Of a stretch of 64,000 nt of DNA, positions 1 through 13,210 are shown piece after piece. The first letter of the stretch is position 1; each line of letters opens with the position of its first letter. Location of the stretch: the NCBI RefSeq assembly GCF_009914755.1, contig NC_060942.1, one strand, 5' to 3'. The position numbers and the translations under genes were made by a program. Origin of the DNA: the human T2T-CHM13v2.0 reference genome, Homo sapiens. The notes beneath the pieces were generated by a model. The model saw only the letters and a list, made by a program, of their open reading frames with translations, did not search any database and was not told the origin of the DNA.

Positions 1-378
1 AGATATTTCAGGGGTTTTTTGCTTTCCTTTTTGTACTTTTCTTTATTATTTGAATTTTCCACAATGAGTATTTACTATCTTTGCAATCAGGAAAAAGTGA
101 ATGTTACCAAATCTCATAATTCCACATAGTTTGCATTCATTCAAGGCTCAAGATGTCCTTACTCGAGCATCGTTTGTATCCAGTCGCTGTTCAAGAAAAC
201 ATTAATATTGAAAAAATTGTTAGTTGTTTCAGAGAGAGTCATTTGTCTGAGTTTATTGGAAAAATTAATACCGTTACTATAATACTTCACATTCATGCCG
301 AATTTGAAGAGGTCATAGGGAAAGGATGATCTTGAGCAATGCATTTTAGTGAACATGGGGGTCTTTATCGTTCCACAT

Positions 379-1527
379 GTTATGTCCCTTACAGGATTTC
401 ACATATCCCTATTCTCAGGCAGGAATAGGGATATGTGAACTATGATAGTTATGTCCCTTACAGGATTTCACATATCCCTATTCTCAGACAGGAATAGGGA
501 TATGTGAGCTATGATAGTTATGTCCCTTACAGGATTTCACATATCCCTATTCTCAGGCAGGAATAGGGATATGTGAGCTATGATAGTTATGTCCCTTATA
601 GAATTTCACATATCCCTATTCTCAGGCAGGAATAGGGATATGTGAACTATGATAGTTATGTCCCTTATAGAATTTCACAAATCCCTATTCTCAGACAGGA
701 ATAGGGATATGTGAGCTATGATAGTTATGTCCCTTACAGGATTTCACATATCCCTATTCTCAGACAGGAATAGGGATATGTGAGCTATGATAGTTATGTC
801 CCTTATAGAATTTCACATATCCCTATTCTCAGGCAGGAATAGGGATATGTGAACTATGATAGTTATGTCCCTTACAGGATTTCACATATCCCTATTCTCA
901 GACAGGAATAGGGATATGTGAGCTATGATAGTTATGTCCCTTATAGAATTTCACAAATCCCTATTCTCAGACAGGAATAGGGATATGTGACTATGATAGT
1001 TATGTCCCTTATAGAATTTCACATATCCCTATTCTCAGACAGGAATAGGGATATGTGAGCTATGATAGTTATGTCCCTTATAGAATTTCACATATCCCTA
1101 TTCTCAGACAGGAATAGGGATATGTGAACTATGATAGTTATGTCCCTTACAGGATTTCACATATCCCTATTCTCAGACAGGAATAGGGATATGTGAGCTA
1201 TGATAGTTATGTCCCTTATAGAATTTCACATATCCCTATTCTCAGGCAGGAATAGGGATATGTGAACTATGATAGTTATGTCCCTTACAGGATTTCACAT
1301 ATCCCTATTCTCAGACAGGAATAGGGATATGTGACTATGATAGTTATGTCCCTTATAGAATTTCACATATCCCTATTCTCAGGCAGGAATAGGGATATGT
1401 GAACTATGATAGTTATGTCCCTTATAGAATTTCACATATCCCTATTCTCAGACAGGAATAGGGATATGTGAGCTATGATAGTTATGTCCCTTATAGAATT
1501 TCACATATCCCTATTCTCAGGCAGGAA
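379..1527. repeat. 69-bp VNTR in the last intron of WDR7; 16 full units (two of 68 bp) + 47-bp partial unit; each unit has an internal hairpin
   Basis: Unit GTTATGTCCCTTA(CAGGA/TAGAA)TTTCACATATCCCTATTCTCAG(G/A)CAGGAATAGGGATATGTGA(A/G)CTATGATA. Units start at 379, 448, 517, 586, 655, 724, 793, 862, 931, 999, 1068, 1137, 1206, 1275, 1343, 1412, 1481. TTCACATATCCCTATTC / GAATAGGGATATGTGAA is a 17-bp inverted repeat with an 8-nt loop. Matches the human-expanded WDR7 VNTR reported in ALS genetics (recalled). Confidence 0.97.
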
Positions 1528-3524
1528 GGCTATTTGACCTGACCAAAGGCATTTATCAAAGTAGGGATGGCTCAGGTTATAAGAGGAACCCAGTTGTAAT
1601 GGCCTTTTCTAAAATCTTTACATCTAGAGTATTCCCATGAGATATTCTCTCCCTTTTCATGTTTAGCTCTCAACCCATTTTTTGTTCCTGGCTAAATTTG
1701 AAGAGAGGAATTAAAAATAAGGAAGTGTCTGAGCATTATATGCCCCTTGCATTTTGAATTACCAGCAGAAGTCAAGCTTCATACATATATTCATAGAAAA
1801 TCCATAAAGAATGAAAAATACCTTGTAGTTATTTATCAACTGAGAAATTAGATTTTTTCTAAAACACACTACGCCTGTTGATGCCAGTTAATGTTAACCA
1901 GCAATCTTCTGTGTCATTTGGATCTATCAAATTAAGCTCATCATCATTATTTATATTTTAACTATTTGGGAACATCCAAGAAAGCAATAAGGCATTGATT
2001 TTTATCTTCTGTGAAGTTTTTGGGAAAAGGAGAGAAGGAAGCAAAGAAACACGCTTCTGAAAGGGTGACAGTAAGGAACTGCCTGGCTGGAAACAGGAAC
2101 CGAACTTTAACAGAAAGAGTTAACAATAACCATACATTTGGTTTTAAAATGTGACCTCGTACACTAGTGATTTTTTTTCACCTCTGTGTTGTGTTCAGCG
2201 CTATTATTAATGCAGGAAAATCAGTAACATTAGTCATCTTAAAAGGGTTATTACTCAAGATGATTTAAATTGTGAAAATGTCAGTGGAGCCTGCACACAC
2301 TCTGCTAGAGATGCCATGATTTACGCCCTCTGACACCATCCTGCTGCTGAGAAGGGCTAGAAAAAGGAATGGCTTGTGTTTTGCACTGATCCACATGCAG
2401 GGGATGATGTCAGTGATAACGCATCTTAAATGTCCTAGGATTTGCCAGAGTTTCATGGATCAACCATTTGTAGATGTTGGATCATAATCTGCATGCTTCA
2501 TGCAAATCTCTAGAATCTTACATCGAGATGGAGGTTATACTGGAGAGAAGCATTGGAAATGAAAATTAGTACAAAGAAAAAGTGTTATTTCCAAGGCTTC
2601 TTTCCAGATTTTCAGTATTCTTTCCATGTGATATTATAATAGCACACATAATGCTATTGAAAATATTTTAAGTAATATTTAGAATCTAAAGAAATCTTCA
2701 GACTCAGTTGCTTAGGAAACAGTTCACTTAGACAGCTACCATTCAGTATTTAGTACTTCAACCTGAATGCATAGTTGTTCATGATTCATAATTTCCATGT
2801 TGTTTTTCATTTATGTGGCTGGATTAAGAAAACCTAAAATTTAAATCCAGAAAAACTGCCAAAAAGCAGAAATTATCAATTGATAAAAAGGTATTGTCAA
2901 TAAAATATTAACAGCAGACTCTCCTTAGTATGATAGCAAAACAGTGAGGCACAGACATAGTGTTGAGATGAAATTGATTCTGGTTCTGCACTTTATAATA
3001 AGCAAGAGCTTTCCAGAAAGCGAGTTTTTAAAAAGCAAGTGAAGAGTGAAGGTATTAGTAGGTGGGAAATGGGGGTGGAAGGGAGTCTTGAGCTTTATTT
3101 GATCCAATTGTCACTCTATCTACTGCTTAACTTTGCTTCCTTTTCTTGAACTAATTACAAATCCCAAAACTTGTCTTCGCTGACTCATCCTTCAGGGAGT
3201 GAGTGCAGTTAGCATTGTGGTAAAGAACATGAAAGTCTTCAGTTTTAAATATCCACAATTTCCAAATATCTGTGTTGTCTAAATGAACCATTTTATTAAG
3301 AGGTATAATTTAGCCCTCTTCCTAAAGATCCATGGACTCTCCTGTTGTCAGGTTCTACCCCTATAAAATTCCTCTAGATTTCTGCATTTACCATAACAGC
3401 ATCGGAACAATTCCAAGCACACTGAAAGGAACTTTTGAGAGGTTAAGAACAAGCTTAGGTGAAGGAGAATAACCATGATGGAGGGGAAAGTGGCCAGGAG
3501 AGATCGACCCAGTCTCTGTGATAG

Positions 3525-3779
<255 letters not shown>

Positions 3780-6370
3780 TGCTGCTGCCTGCTGCCGTGA
3801 CTGCGTTTTAGTTCTCTAAATTATCCAAGCCGATGTTGCTCTGTCCTTCCTCACACCAGATTGTTCCCAGGGGCCTGCCCACCCCAGTGCCATCCAGTGG
3901 CACGGCCGGGTCTTGTCACTTGTGCATGCTTCTCAGGGGCAGAACCCGCTCGTGCCATCTGTCGATTCAGAGGCACGCACACATGCTCTGCAGGATGTGG
4001 CCATCCTGTCACCAGGTAGTTTTTCCCTGCCAGAGATGGCAGGGGAAAGCCAGCGGTTCCTGGGAACGCTCTTGTTGCTTGGTGCAACAGAAGCACAAAA
4101 ATCAATAAACACTGTGATTGCACTCCCAGCCCAGATCAGCATTTTTAGCCATCTCAACCGCACCTCTGAAGTGCTGCTTGAATCTGGCCGTTCTGACACT
4201 GGGTGTTGAGGTCATGTGGCAGTCCTCACGATTGAAATTATTGCCCTTTGAATTACCTAAAATATTGTTTACCAAAAAGATTCTGTGTTTACATGTTCTT
4301 TTCTTCTGGTGATTGCTAGGAAATTACTCAATCCAATTTCCTAGGGTTTAGCTACCACCTTCTTTATCAACAGCTAACCAATTTGAGATTCATGATTAAT
4401 TATGTACACAAAAATATTTTCCTTGTAGAAAATAGTTTTCCAGACACTTAGCCTTCTGAAGTGCTCATCTCTTGCTTAAATGATAGTCTATTTAGTAGTT
4501 TAAAATAAAAATAATCACTCCCTATGATCTAGTTAATGTAATTATCCAGTCACTGTAACTAATCTCTTGAAGGGACTTTTGTGATAAAGAGCCAAGTTCA
4601 GAAGCATAGCGTGTACCGAAAATGAAGACTCTCCTATCTACTGCTACAGATCCTGTTGAAGAAAGAGCTTACCCCTTTCCCCCGGAAAACTTGCAATCCT
4701 GTAGTTCCCATATGTGTGGCATATGTCAGTTATGAAATTATTATAATTCAGCCTTCAAACTACTACTGATCAACTAAAGGAAAGCTAATAAGGTATTTCT
4801 TTTAAACAAGTATTCTGGAAAAGTAATAACTATGGCACAAATGTTCAGGAGTGTATATAAAAATATGTGGGCTCTCGATTTATTTGAGCAAACATTGCAA
4901 TGAGGGTGTTCATTATGCTTCTAAGTAAGCTTTAACTAGACCACTTTCTTCTTATGTCAGATTGTGCTGGTTCTAGCTCATAATAATGAAAAAAATAGAA
5001 TTATATTTTGTATGAATTGTTTCTAACAAACCTTGATCTGTATATACTTGTGAGGGGTTGTTTGGTTGCCTAATTGTTGATTGGTTGGTTAGTTGGGCAA
5101 AATCATTTATTACATGCAAAAATAGAAAATTATTTGTTAAATTCAGAGAAAATATGTGAAGTTTACAAAGGAACCAAAATGATAATGGGAGAATTTAGTC
5201 TTAAAAGTTTAGGTTGTCAGAGTTTATCTGATATACAAAAAAGTAGGATCAAAGTCTAGGAACAAACATTGGTTATTTCACTGAAACAGATTTTTAAAGA
5301 GCATATTAAGAAATTAAGACCATTAGATCATCTCTTTCATAATGATATGATGTTATTTCCATTGACGGCAAATCTATACTGTTCCTTGGTTTTAGAGTTG
5401 GGTATTCTTTCAAAAGTGAATTTAGGCACATGCATGTACATTGTATTTATAAAGATTATATATGTAGTTTCCAAGGAAGAAACAAAGACCTATACAGTTT
5501 AGACTTTATTTGTTTGGTGAACGTGCTGTTGTGTTTGGCATAGCTAGAGAAATGTAAGGTAAAAGGCTCACTTTGTTTTCCAGTGGGTCCAGAGTCTTCT
5601 CTATACCCAACATATGTTTACTTTATGAACTTAAATGGAAATTAATTTATTGTAGACTACATCTCTATTTGGAATGATGAGGTAAATGTATACCTTAGCA
5701 TTTTCTTTAACAAAAATGTTCTGTGTGTCAGGAAAGAGGTGTGAGAGCGGTAGGCAGCCTGCCGCAAACACACGGATGGCTCCCACCGCCACGAAGGTTG
5801 AGAACAAAGCCAGGGGGCCCAGAGGAGCAATAGCCCTGGGCCACAAGCGTGGGTAGGCCTTTCACGTATTCCGTCTGCACAGGCAACCAAGGCCAGTAGA
5901 AAGCTATGGCTGCAAAACCCTGGGGTGGACGATGTTTGATGATTAGACGGTCATCTCTAACTACTAAACTAATATCTGCATTCTTGTTAACATAAATCTC
6001 TCCTTGGCTATTTTAATAGCCACAGTCCCAAACTTCATCCCAGCTTAGATTTCTCAGCACTGAGGTAAACTCTGCATTGTCATCCCAGCGTACACCTTTA
6101 ATGTTTTATTGATTTCACTGGCACTGTATTTGGACCTGTCCTTGTATATGTAGAGACATATGTGGCTTCATTGGTAATTTACAAGCAAAAGATGACATGA
6201 CGTGACACCTGTATGAAAATGTGATGATTGAACTCCCTGTGTACAGCGAGTGAATTAAAATGTCTGCCTCTCCAGACATTTCTTAATGATTCCACTTAAT
6301 AGACTCTATGTGTGCTGAATGTTCCTGTGTACATATGTGTGTTAAATAAAACAATTGTATTGAAGACTGT
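3780..6370 (+). other. WDR7: WDR7 3'UTR (~2.6 kb; end approximate)
   Basis: Follows the stop codon; no recognisable Alu or L1; ends after AATAAA at 6345-6350 with downstream T-rich sequence. Confidence 0.75.
6345..6350 (+). terminator. Distal polyadenylation signal of WDR7
   Basis: AATAAA preceded by TGTA/UG-rich sequence and followed ~20 nt later by ctgtttttc. Proximal AATAAA copies also at 4104-4109 and 4504-4509. Confidence 0.7.
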
Positions 6371-9012
6371 TTTTCTCACAATATTACCTTTTCCAGTGTT
6401 CACTCATCTTAAACATCCTCAGTTGAAATCCGTATGCTCCGCTAGCCCTGCTGCCTCTAATCATTCATTTCCCTGGAGAGCTGGCTTGGGAAAGGCAACT
6501 TATTCCCAGAGGACAGTAGAGCAGAAGTGCAGAGGTAAGCTCTCCCTCCAGAAACTCACTGGCACTCTCTGTGGTTTGGGAAAGGCGTTGCATGCCTGTT
6601 GCTTTATCTCTACTCTACATGCTCCCAAATAGACTGGTAATGGCACCAAATCATATCTTGTCAGATTGGATGGCATGGGTTGGCTGCCTCTCGGGAGCTA
6701 GGCTGAGATCATCAAGTTCATTGCATTTCACGCTCAGTTTGGAGTCGAATTTGAATCCCTCAGGTAAAGGGTATAATTGGTTTTCAGAAAAATCAAGAAT
6801 AATAAAATAGGTCCTTACTGCTCATAGAGGGTTATGTGTAAGTAGTGAATGTACTTCTTGTCTCTTAATTATTTCAGATAAGAACACAAAAGCTTGATTT
6901 GAGTCAATCATCGTGTAACAGTATAATTTTCTGTAAGAATTCGGTGAACATTCCAGGAGTGGTCTGAGGCATCTTGGGCCCTATTAAATGCCCACTGTGG
7001 GCCCCAGGAAATGTTTTAACATCTCATGACTTAAATGTATTCTTATAGGGAAAATAGGGGCAGTAACAGTTCTATATGATCAGCGATCACATAAACTGAT
7101 CAAATGTGGAAAGGCGTGACGTTAATAGGAAGGTAAAGCCAAGCAGTGCTGGGTGAACTTTCACCTTTCACCCCTTCGGCTGACTGACAGAGCCCAGTGT
7201 TGAAGAAAATCAATACTTTGGAGCCAGGAGGGAAATACTTCCACCCTCTAACTAGAGAATGTATTTTGACAAGGCCAAGATAATCCAAGCTGCACAGGAG
7301 AAAGAGAAAAGAAGACTCATTTTTAAAGCCTGACACTTCAAGGTGTTTTTGTGCAATGGTTTAGAGATCGTCAATACATACAAATACCAAAGGTCAAAAA
7401 GAAAAGCCAGAAGAATTTCAAAAATTAGATGTTCAGTTCTTTTTGCTGTTTAAAAAAAAAAAAAAAGGACTACAGAGAGTTTTGTGCTTGTAATTGTCCT
7501 TTTAATGAACTAAGCTCACAATTGTGTGACCATTGAGGTGATCATCCCTCTTTAATCAAAACTTACATTTTTGTAGCAGCAGAACGATGAATATTGAATG
7601 CTCAAAAAGCATTCAGACTTCCTGCTTCTGTACACCTTTTGGCTACAGATTGTTTTGTTTTGTTTTGTTTTGTTTTTTTGAGTGGTTACATTGTTTTGTG
7701 CTAACATCTCAGAATTTGGTTTTGCAATTCATGTTGATTCTGCCATAATGGCATTGTAAATCCTGGATCCTCCTTCACATTCAGTTCAATCCTTTGCATG
7801 AGAAAAGAGTTCTTGTACCTAGAACTTAATTTTTTTTCTAGTTTCCCAAGTCCCTTTAAGCAAATTACTTATGAAGATATTCTAATTAATGTCTCTCTGA
7901 GTGAGAGGTTTATGCACCTCTAGGAAGATGGTAAACAATTCATTCTTACCAGCAAGATTAGAGCCATTCATTCTGTAGACAAATACCTCCATCAAGTGGA
8001 TATAGATTCTTTGCTTTCCTACTGATAAGAAAACTAAGAAGCCAGTGGTGCCCATACCTGCCAGACAAGCTCAGAAGGACAAAGGAGTCTTAAGTATCTA
8101 AAGTACATCATCAGGCCTGCTGTAAACATGTGCTAATTAAAGAGTATTAAAAATACAGTGAAAATATAGCTTCTATTTATATACCTGCTTACTCATTAAT
8201 AAATCCCGTTCTATTCTGAGGTGATAGATCAGGCTGGAAATTTTTATTTTGTTTTGTTTCAAAAAGAGAACGCAGCCAGCCAAACCTCCTCAATATTCTG
8301 AGATTTCCCAGAGAAGGCCAGGAGTCTAGCACTGCTCGAATTGTAGGGGTATGAAGTAAATATGTGCTGCATTTGTGAAATCCATTGTATTGCACCTGTC
8401 AAATGCTCAGAAGAGTGGCACACAGGAAGCACTCAATAGATGTAAGCTAATATTTTTAGGAGACAGGAGTCCTAATTGAGCATGGATAAACAAGATGACC
8501 TGTGTTCTTTGGAAAACTTGGATTTTTGTTTTATGTTTTCATCTCTATGTGGACTCCACAAGTAGATCTGAACATCCTATCCAAAGGAGGGCTCCTGTGG
8601 TTCTGTTTGTATTCCCCAGCTGCTTTGCCATATTGCTATGTGTTACCACCCCGCTTCTCACCAAAATTTGTAGACATGAAGAAATGCCTAAATACATGCC
8701 AATGGAGGAAACTGGTTGGTTGTGGCTGAAGTTATCACTGATTCCTCAAAAAGAAAGATCACCGCATTAGATTTAGGACTCACATTAGCATCAGGGGTGA
8801 CTTTGAGTTTCTTAATGAGTTTCTTCCAAATACGCATCTATCGAGATTGAATAAGACTCTGGACAAAAGTATTGTAGAGTGGATTTCATGGAATCACCAA
8901 AGCAAAGGAAACTGAATATGTAGGTTCTGTTGCCAATATCTTCTTGTTCTGACTTAACGTCAAAATGACTTAGTGCTTTAGTCTTCCCAAATTTGAAATG
9001 TATTCTCTAAAA

Positions 9013-9367
9013 CAGCGGCCCTCAACCCCTGATATCAGTCTGTGGCCTGTAAGGAACCAGGCTGCACAGCAGGAGGTGAGTGGTGGTGAGCCAGCAAAGT
9101 TTCATCTGTATTTACAGAGGTCCCCATCACTTGCATTACTGCCTGAGCTCAGCCTCCTGTCATATCAGCTGCGGCATTAGATTCTCATAAGAGCGTGAAT
9201 CCTATTGTGAACTGAGCATGTGAGGGATCTAGGTTGCACTCTCCTTGTGAGAATCTAATACCTGATGATCTGTCAGTGTATCCCATCACCCCCAGAGAGG
9301 ACCGTTTAGTTGCAGGAAAACAAGCTCAGGGCTCTCACTGATTCTACATTATGGTGAGTTGTATAAT

Positions 9368-9406
<39 letters not shown>

Positions 9407-9533
9407 CAGTGTAATAATAGAAATAATGTGCACAATAAATATAATGCATTTGAATCATCCCGAAAACATCCCCAACCACCAGCCTTTTTTGCATGAAACT
9501 GGTCCCTCGTGCAAAAAAGGTTGGGAAATGATG
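9013..9533 (+). mobile_element. MER1A-like hAT/Charlie DNA transposon with internal (TA)n
   Basis: 8-bp TSD CTCTAAAA at 9005-9012 and 9534-9541; MER1 internal motifs (cattagattctcataagagcgtgaatcctattgtgaactg; gaaactggtccctcgtgcaaaaaaggttgg); (TA)n at ~9373-9402. Confidence 0.85.
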
Positions 9534-10229
9534 CTCTAAAACTTGACCCACCCAGCGGCACTTCAAGTTTTAGTGAAAATGTGTGAATAAAGATACGGCA
9601 ATGAAACATTATTTGTATTCAACCAGCAAGCTTGTATTGAACCTTAGAATATGCCAAGCGTATGTTCTTTATTTTATTTTCCTCTTGCTGATGAGCTCAC
9701 AATCTCACCAAGCACCATAACACTATGGAATAAGTGCTGAGACCCGGGGCAGGTAAAGAGCAATGAGAACACAGGAAGTGATCGATTCTGATGAGGTGGT
9801 ATTGTTAGGTTTCCCAGAGAGGAAACATTTGGGCTAGGCCTTAAAAAATAAATAGGAATTAATTAGGAGGATACTGGGGATGTTATAATGTAGGAATTTA
9901 TAGAAGTCAAAGTTTTGTGTGATCGGAATGAGTATAAACTACTTCAGACCTACAACCTGAAGGACATTGGTAGATGCTGCCAACAATCAAGAAAGTTCTT
10001 CACTTTGCAGCCATTATTGCAATAACAGAAAACCAGACTCCTGTGTCAAAGGACACTCGAAATCCATAAGTCAAAAACCCTAATAAAAGATTTTTCCGGC
10101 TTTAGTGTTTTCCATGTTTCATTTTCTTTATTTAAGAAAAGCTTTTGTTGTTTTAAAAATAAGTTGTGTGTTCTCCTACTCCTGGATTCTACTGTGTGAC
10201 TGGCACAGTGAGTTGAATGCCTGACACAG

Positions 10230-13210
10230 TGCACTGCCCAGGTCCCCCCACCCCCACCCAAATCCCACTGCAGAACCGAAGCATTCTAACAGCTGTGTGC
10301 TGAGTCCTTCCGTAAAGATTGCTTCCCAGCCAAAGAGAACTGTCTCACCCAAGGTCATGCTTCCTTTCCTGGGGAGCAAACACATCCCATGATGGGTCAG
10401 GAAAGAGGTTTAAAGACCCAGCCCCGGCTGAGGTGTGGTGGCTCATGCCTGTAATCACAGCATTTTGCGAGGGTGAGGCGGGGAGGATCACTTGAGGTCA
10501 GGAGTTCAAGACCAGCCTGGACAATGTGGTGAAACCCCATCTGTATTAGAAATACAAAAATTAGATGGGCGTGTTGGTGGGCATCTGTAATCCCAGCTAC
10601 TCAGGAGGCTGAGGCAGGAGAATCACTTGAACCCAGGAGGTGGAGGTTGCAACAAGCCGAGATTGTGCCACTGCACTCCAGCCCAGGCAAGAGAGTGAGA
10701 CTCTGGGTGACAGAGACTCAGCAAGTCGTAAGGAAGGTGCTAAGGATGGTGAGTCTCCGCCTCAAAAAAAAAATAAATAAATAAAAATAAAAGACCCAGC
10801 CCCAAGCTCCATTTCAAAACCACTTGGAAAGGCCATCCCAGCTCCAGAACTCCCTTGAGCATTGACTGAAGGCTTCACTGAACTGCATCCCAGCTCAACC
10901 TCTCTGTCTGCCCAGGCCTGGGCATTTCCTTACAGATGCTGATCCCGAGAACACTGCTCCATAAACTTCCTATGTGCAGACCTCTCTCACACATAGTCTG
11001 CATCCCAAAGAACCCACCAGGAGTGTCCCAAGAAAACAGATTCAAAAATGGAGTTTGGGAGCTGAGCCACCCATTGAACCATGAAAAGAAGGACCCATCA
11101 CTGGTCTTGGGCCCTCATGGACAGCCTCTGGCACGCTTGGCTGCACAATTGTTAAAACTTTCCTTGGTGATGCTTGTATGGCGTGCTGATGGAGGGCGAT
11201 GTGCTGGAGGGTACCACGTGGCAGGAATTGAAAAGTAAGGGAAAGGAAAAATTATAAAGACGATGGACTTGGATGACTGTTGTGGAGTGCTCTGGAAAAA
11301 AGACAATGAAAAGCTGAAGGGTGATTAATCACCCAGTAGAGGCTAAATGTGAAAGCCTCTGGCTTTCTCTCAGAGAGAGAAAGTCTCTCTGAGACTCCTT
11401 AACATCTAAGGAGAGCTTCATCTCCTACAGCCAAACATGAGCAGGCTCAGCCCATGGAGAAGCACAGCTCCAGAGGCTGAACTCGCCTCTAAAAATCTTC
11501 TGCCCCAGGGTCAGAGCCCTGACAGAGGTGAACGGGGTTCTCTGGGTTGATGCACTTGAACAATCTTGAACCCCCGATTCCAGTGAACCCTCCTCGGGCC
11601 TGCCTACATGGCCAGCTCCTCCCTGTTCAAAGCCGGCGTTCCTCTTTCTTTGCTTGAAGATAATGCAGAGGCTTCTCCCATGCAAAACTACACATGCTCC
11701 CCACTGGAGTGACTTGGGTTAAGTCATGGTACAACCTGGCTGCCAAAGTGCTGGACCTGCTAGGACAGGGAAAGAACCATCTCCCATAGGAGCTGTAGGT
11801 CCTCACCAACATGTACCCAACATAGCCACTGAAATGGGACTGGATTTAGCAGGTGCTGGGTCAAGGGGAAACGGACTATAAAGTGGGTCAAGGGAGAGTT
11901 TATCGATAGGAGATTGAACAACCCGCAAGGACCCAGGGAAAAAGTGCTGCCCTGATGTTATAAGCTGCTTGGCTTGGAGAAAATGGTGGCTGACACTAAG
12001 AAGAAATGTCAGAACTGATGTGACAGAGGGTGGAGGCAAGAACAGGAAAGCTCAGAGTGAGGAGACTGCTGGAGCAGGTATGCTAGGTACCCCCAAATCC
12101 ACTGGATGCCTCTGCTCTGCGAGAGAGGCTGGGGACATTCATTCCAGCAATGAATTGAAGGAAGGTGCTAGAAGGGCACCCACATCCCTGCAGGCCAGGA
12201 CTGAGGGTAGAAGATGTCATGACAGAACTGGGCCCCAGGTATCAAGGAGGATGACAAGGTCCTGAAATAATACAGACCTGGTGGGTGCAATCATCATAAT
12301 TAGTAGCAAGTTTGGAGTGGCGGCCAGAGAGACCAGACCTGCAGAGATCTTTGGATCTAATAAAACATGTCATCCCTAAGTGCAAGATGGGAGGGCAGCC
12401 AACAAGGGTATTGTTCATCTATACAGGCAAAAGAAATCGAAAATGGATCACAGGAGGCTGAAAGCAGCCATTCCAGTAAGAAGTCAAAATCCCTTGCCTG
12501 GTTTGTAAACCCAAATGGCATGGTTAGCAGGAGCTCAGACCCCTTGTGGATGAGACTCTGGGTTTGCCCAGTAGTAAGCAATGGAAAGTAGCAGAGATTC
12601 TTGCCAAGGGGGAGGAGAGTTTAGAATGAGTAGTAGAGAAGGGAAGCAATAGATATCAGTGGTGGCTTTGGGAGCAGCTGCGACAGCAGGGGTTGTAGTT
12701 TGTTCCACTAATATTTCTGTTATGTTTCCCCCAGAATCCTGGAATGGCTGTTCCCAGGCTTTTTTCAAAGCAAGTGGATCTGAGCGGGGCAAAGGGTGAA
12801 GGCAGGGGACACTGTGGTATGCATTCACTCCCCCAGGTACTGGGTTGTCGGCAGCTGACATTTCCCAACTGAGACCTGCTACAGGAATTGCTTGAGGCTA
12901 AAGAGAGCCACTCTCCTCAAGGCCACATCCTCCTCCCTAATGAGAGCTACACCCAATAACCCATCATGGGGATAAAAGGACTCAACCCTCTTTGCTTCAG
13001 TTTGGAACATCTCTGAAGGGCCATTCCAGCTTCATAGCTCCCAGCGCATTTGTCAGAGAACTCTGTTGCAACCACATCACAGTCCAGCTCCCCCCTGCCT
13101 ATGTATTGCTTCCTTCACACGGATGTTGATCCCAGGAACACTTCCTAATACACCCGCTTTCAGCAAATCTGTCTCAGAGTCTCCTTCCCAGATGAACCCA
13201 CCTAGGTTCA
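10230..13210 (+). mobile_element. Degraded ERVL-type provirus remnant: two LTR16-like LTRs in direct orientation with short internal fragments (boundaries approximate)
   Basis: Similar LTR 3' ends at ~10930-11020 (gatgctgatcccgagaacactgctccataaacttcc...catcccaaagaaccc) and ~13120-13205 (gatgttgatcccaggaacacttcctaata...cttcccagatgaaccc); purine-rich PPT-like caagggggaggagag at ~12605. Family from recalled consensus. Confidence 0.5.
10426..10790 (+). mobile_element. AluS element with an insertion near its 3' end
   Basis: Dimeric Alu, A-rich tail, TSD AAAGACCCAGCCCC at 10412-10425 and 10790-10803. Confidence 0.93.

Noticed and set aside
379-1527. Palindromic repeat array resembling a CRISPR array
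   Set aside because: No unique spacers (whole units are near-identical), no cas genes, primate intronic context; it is a VNTR.
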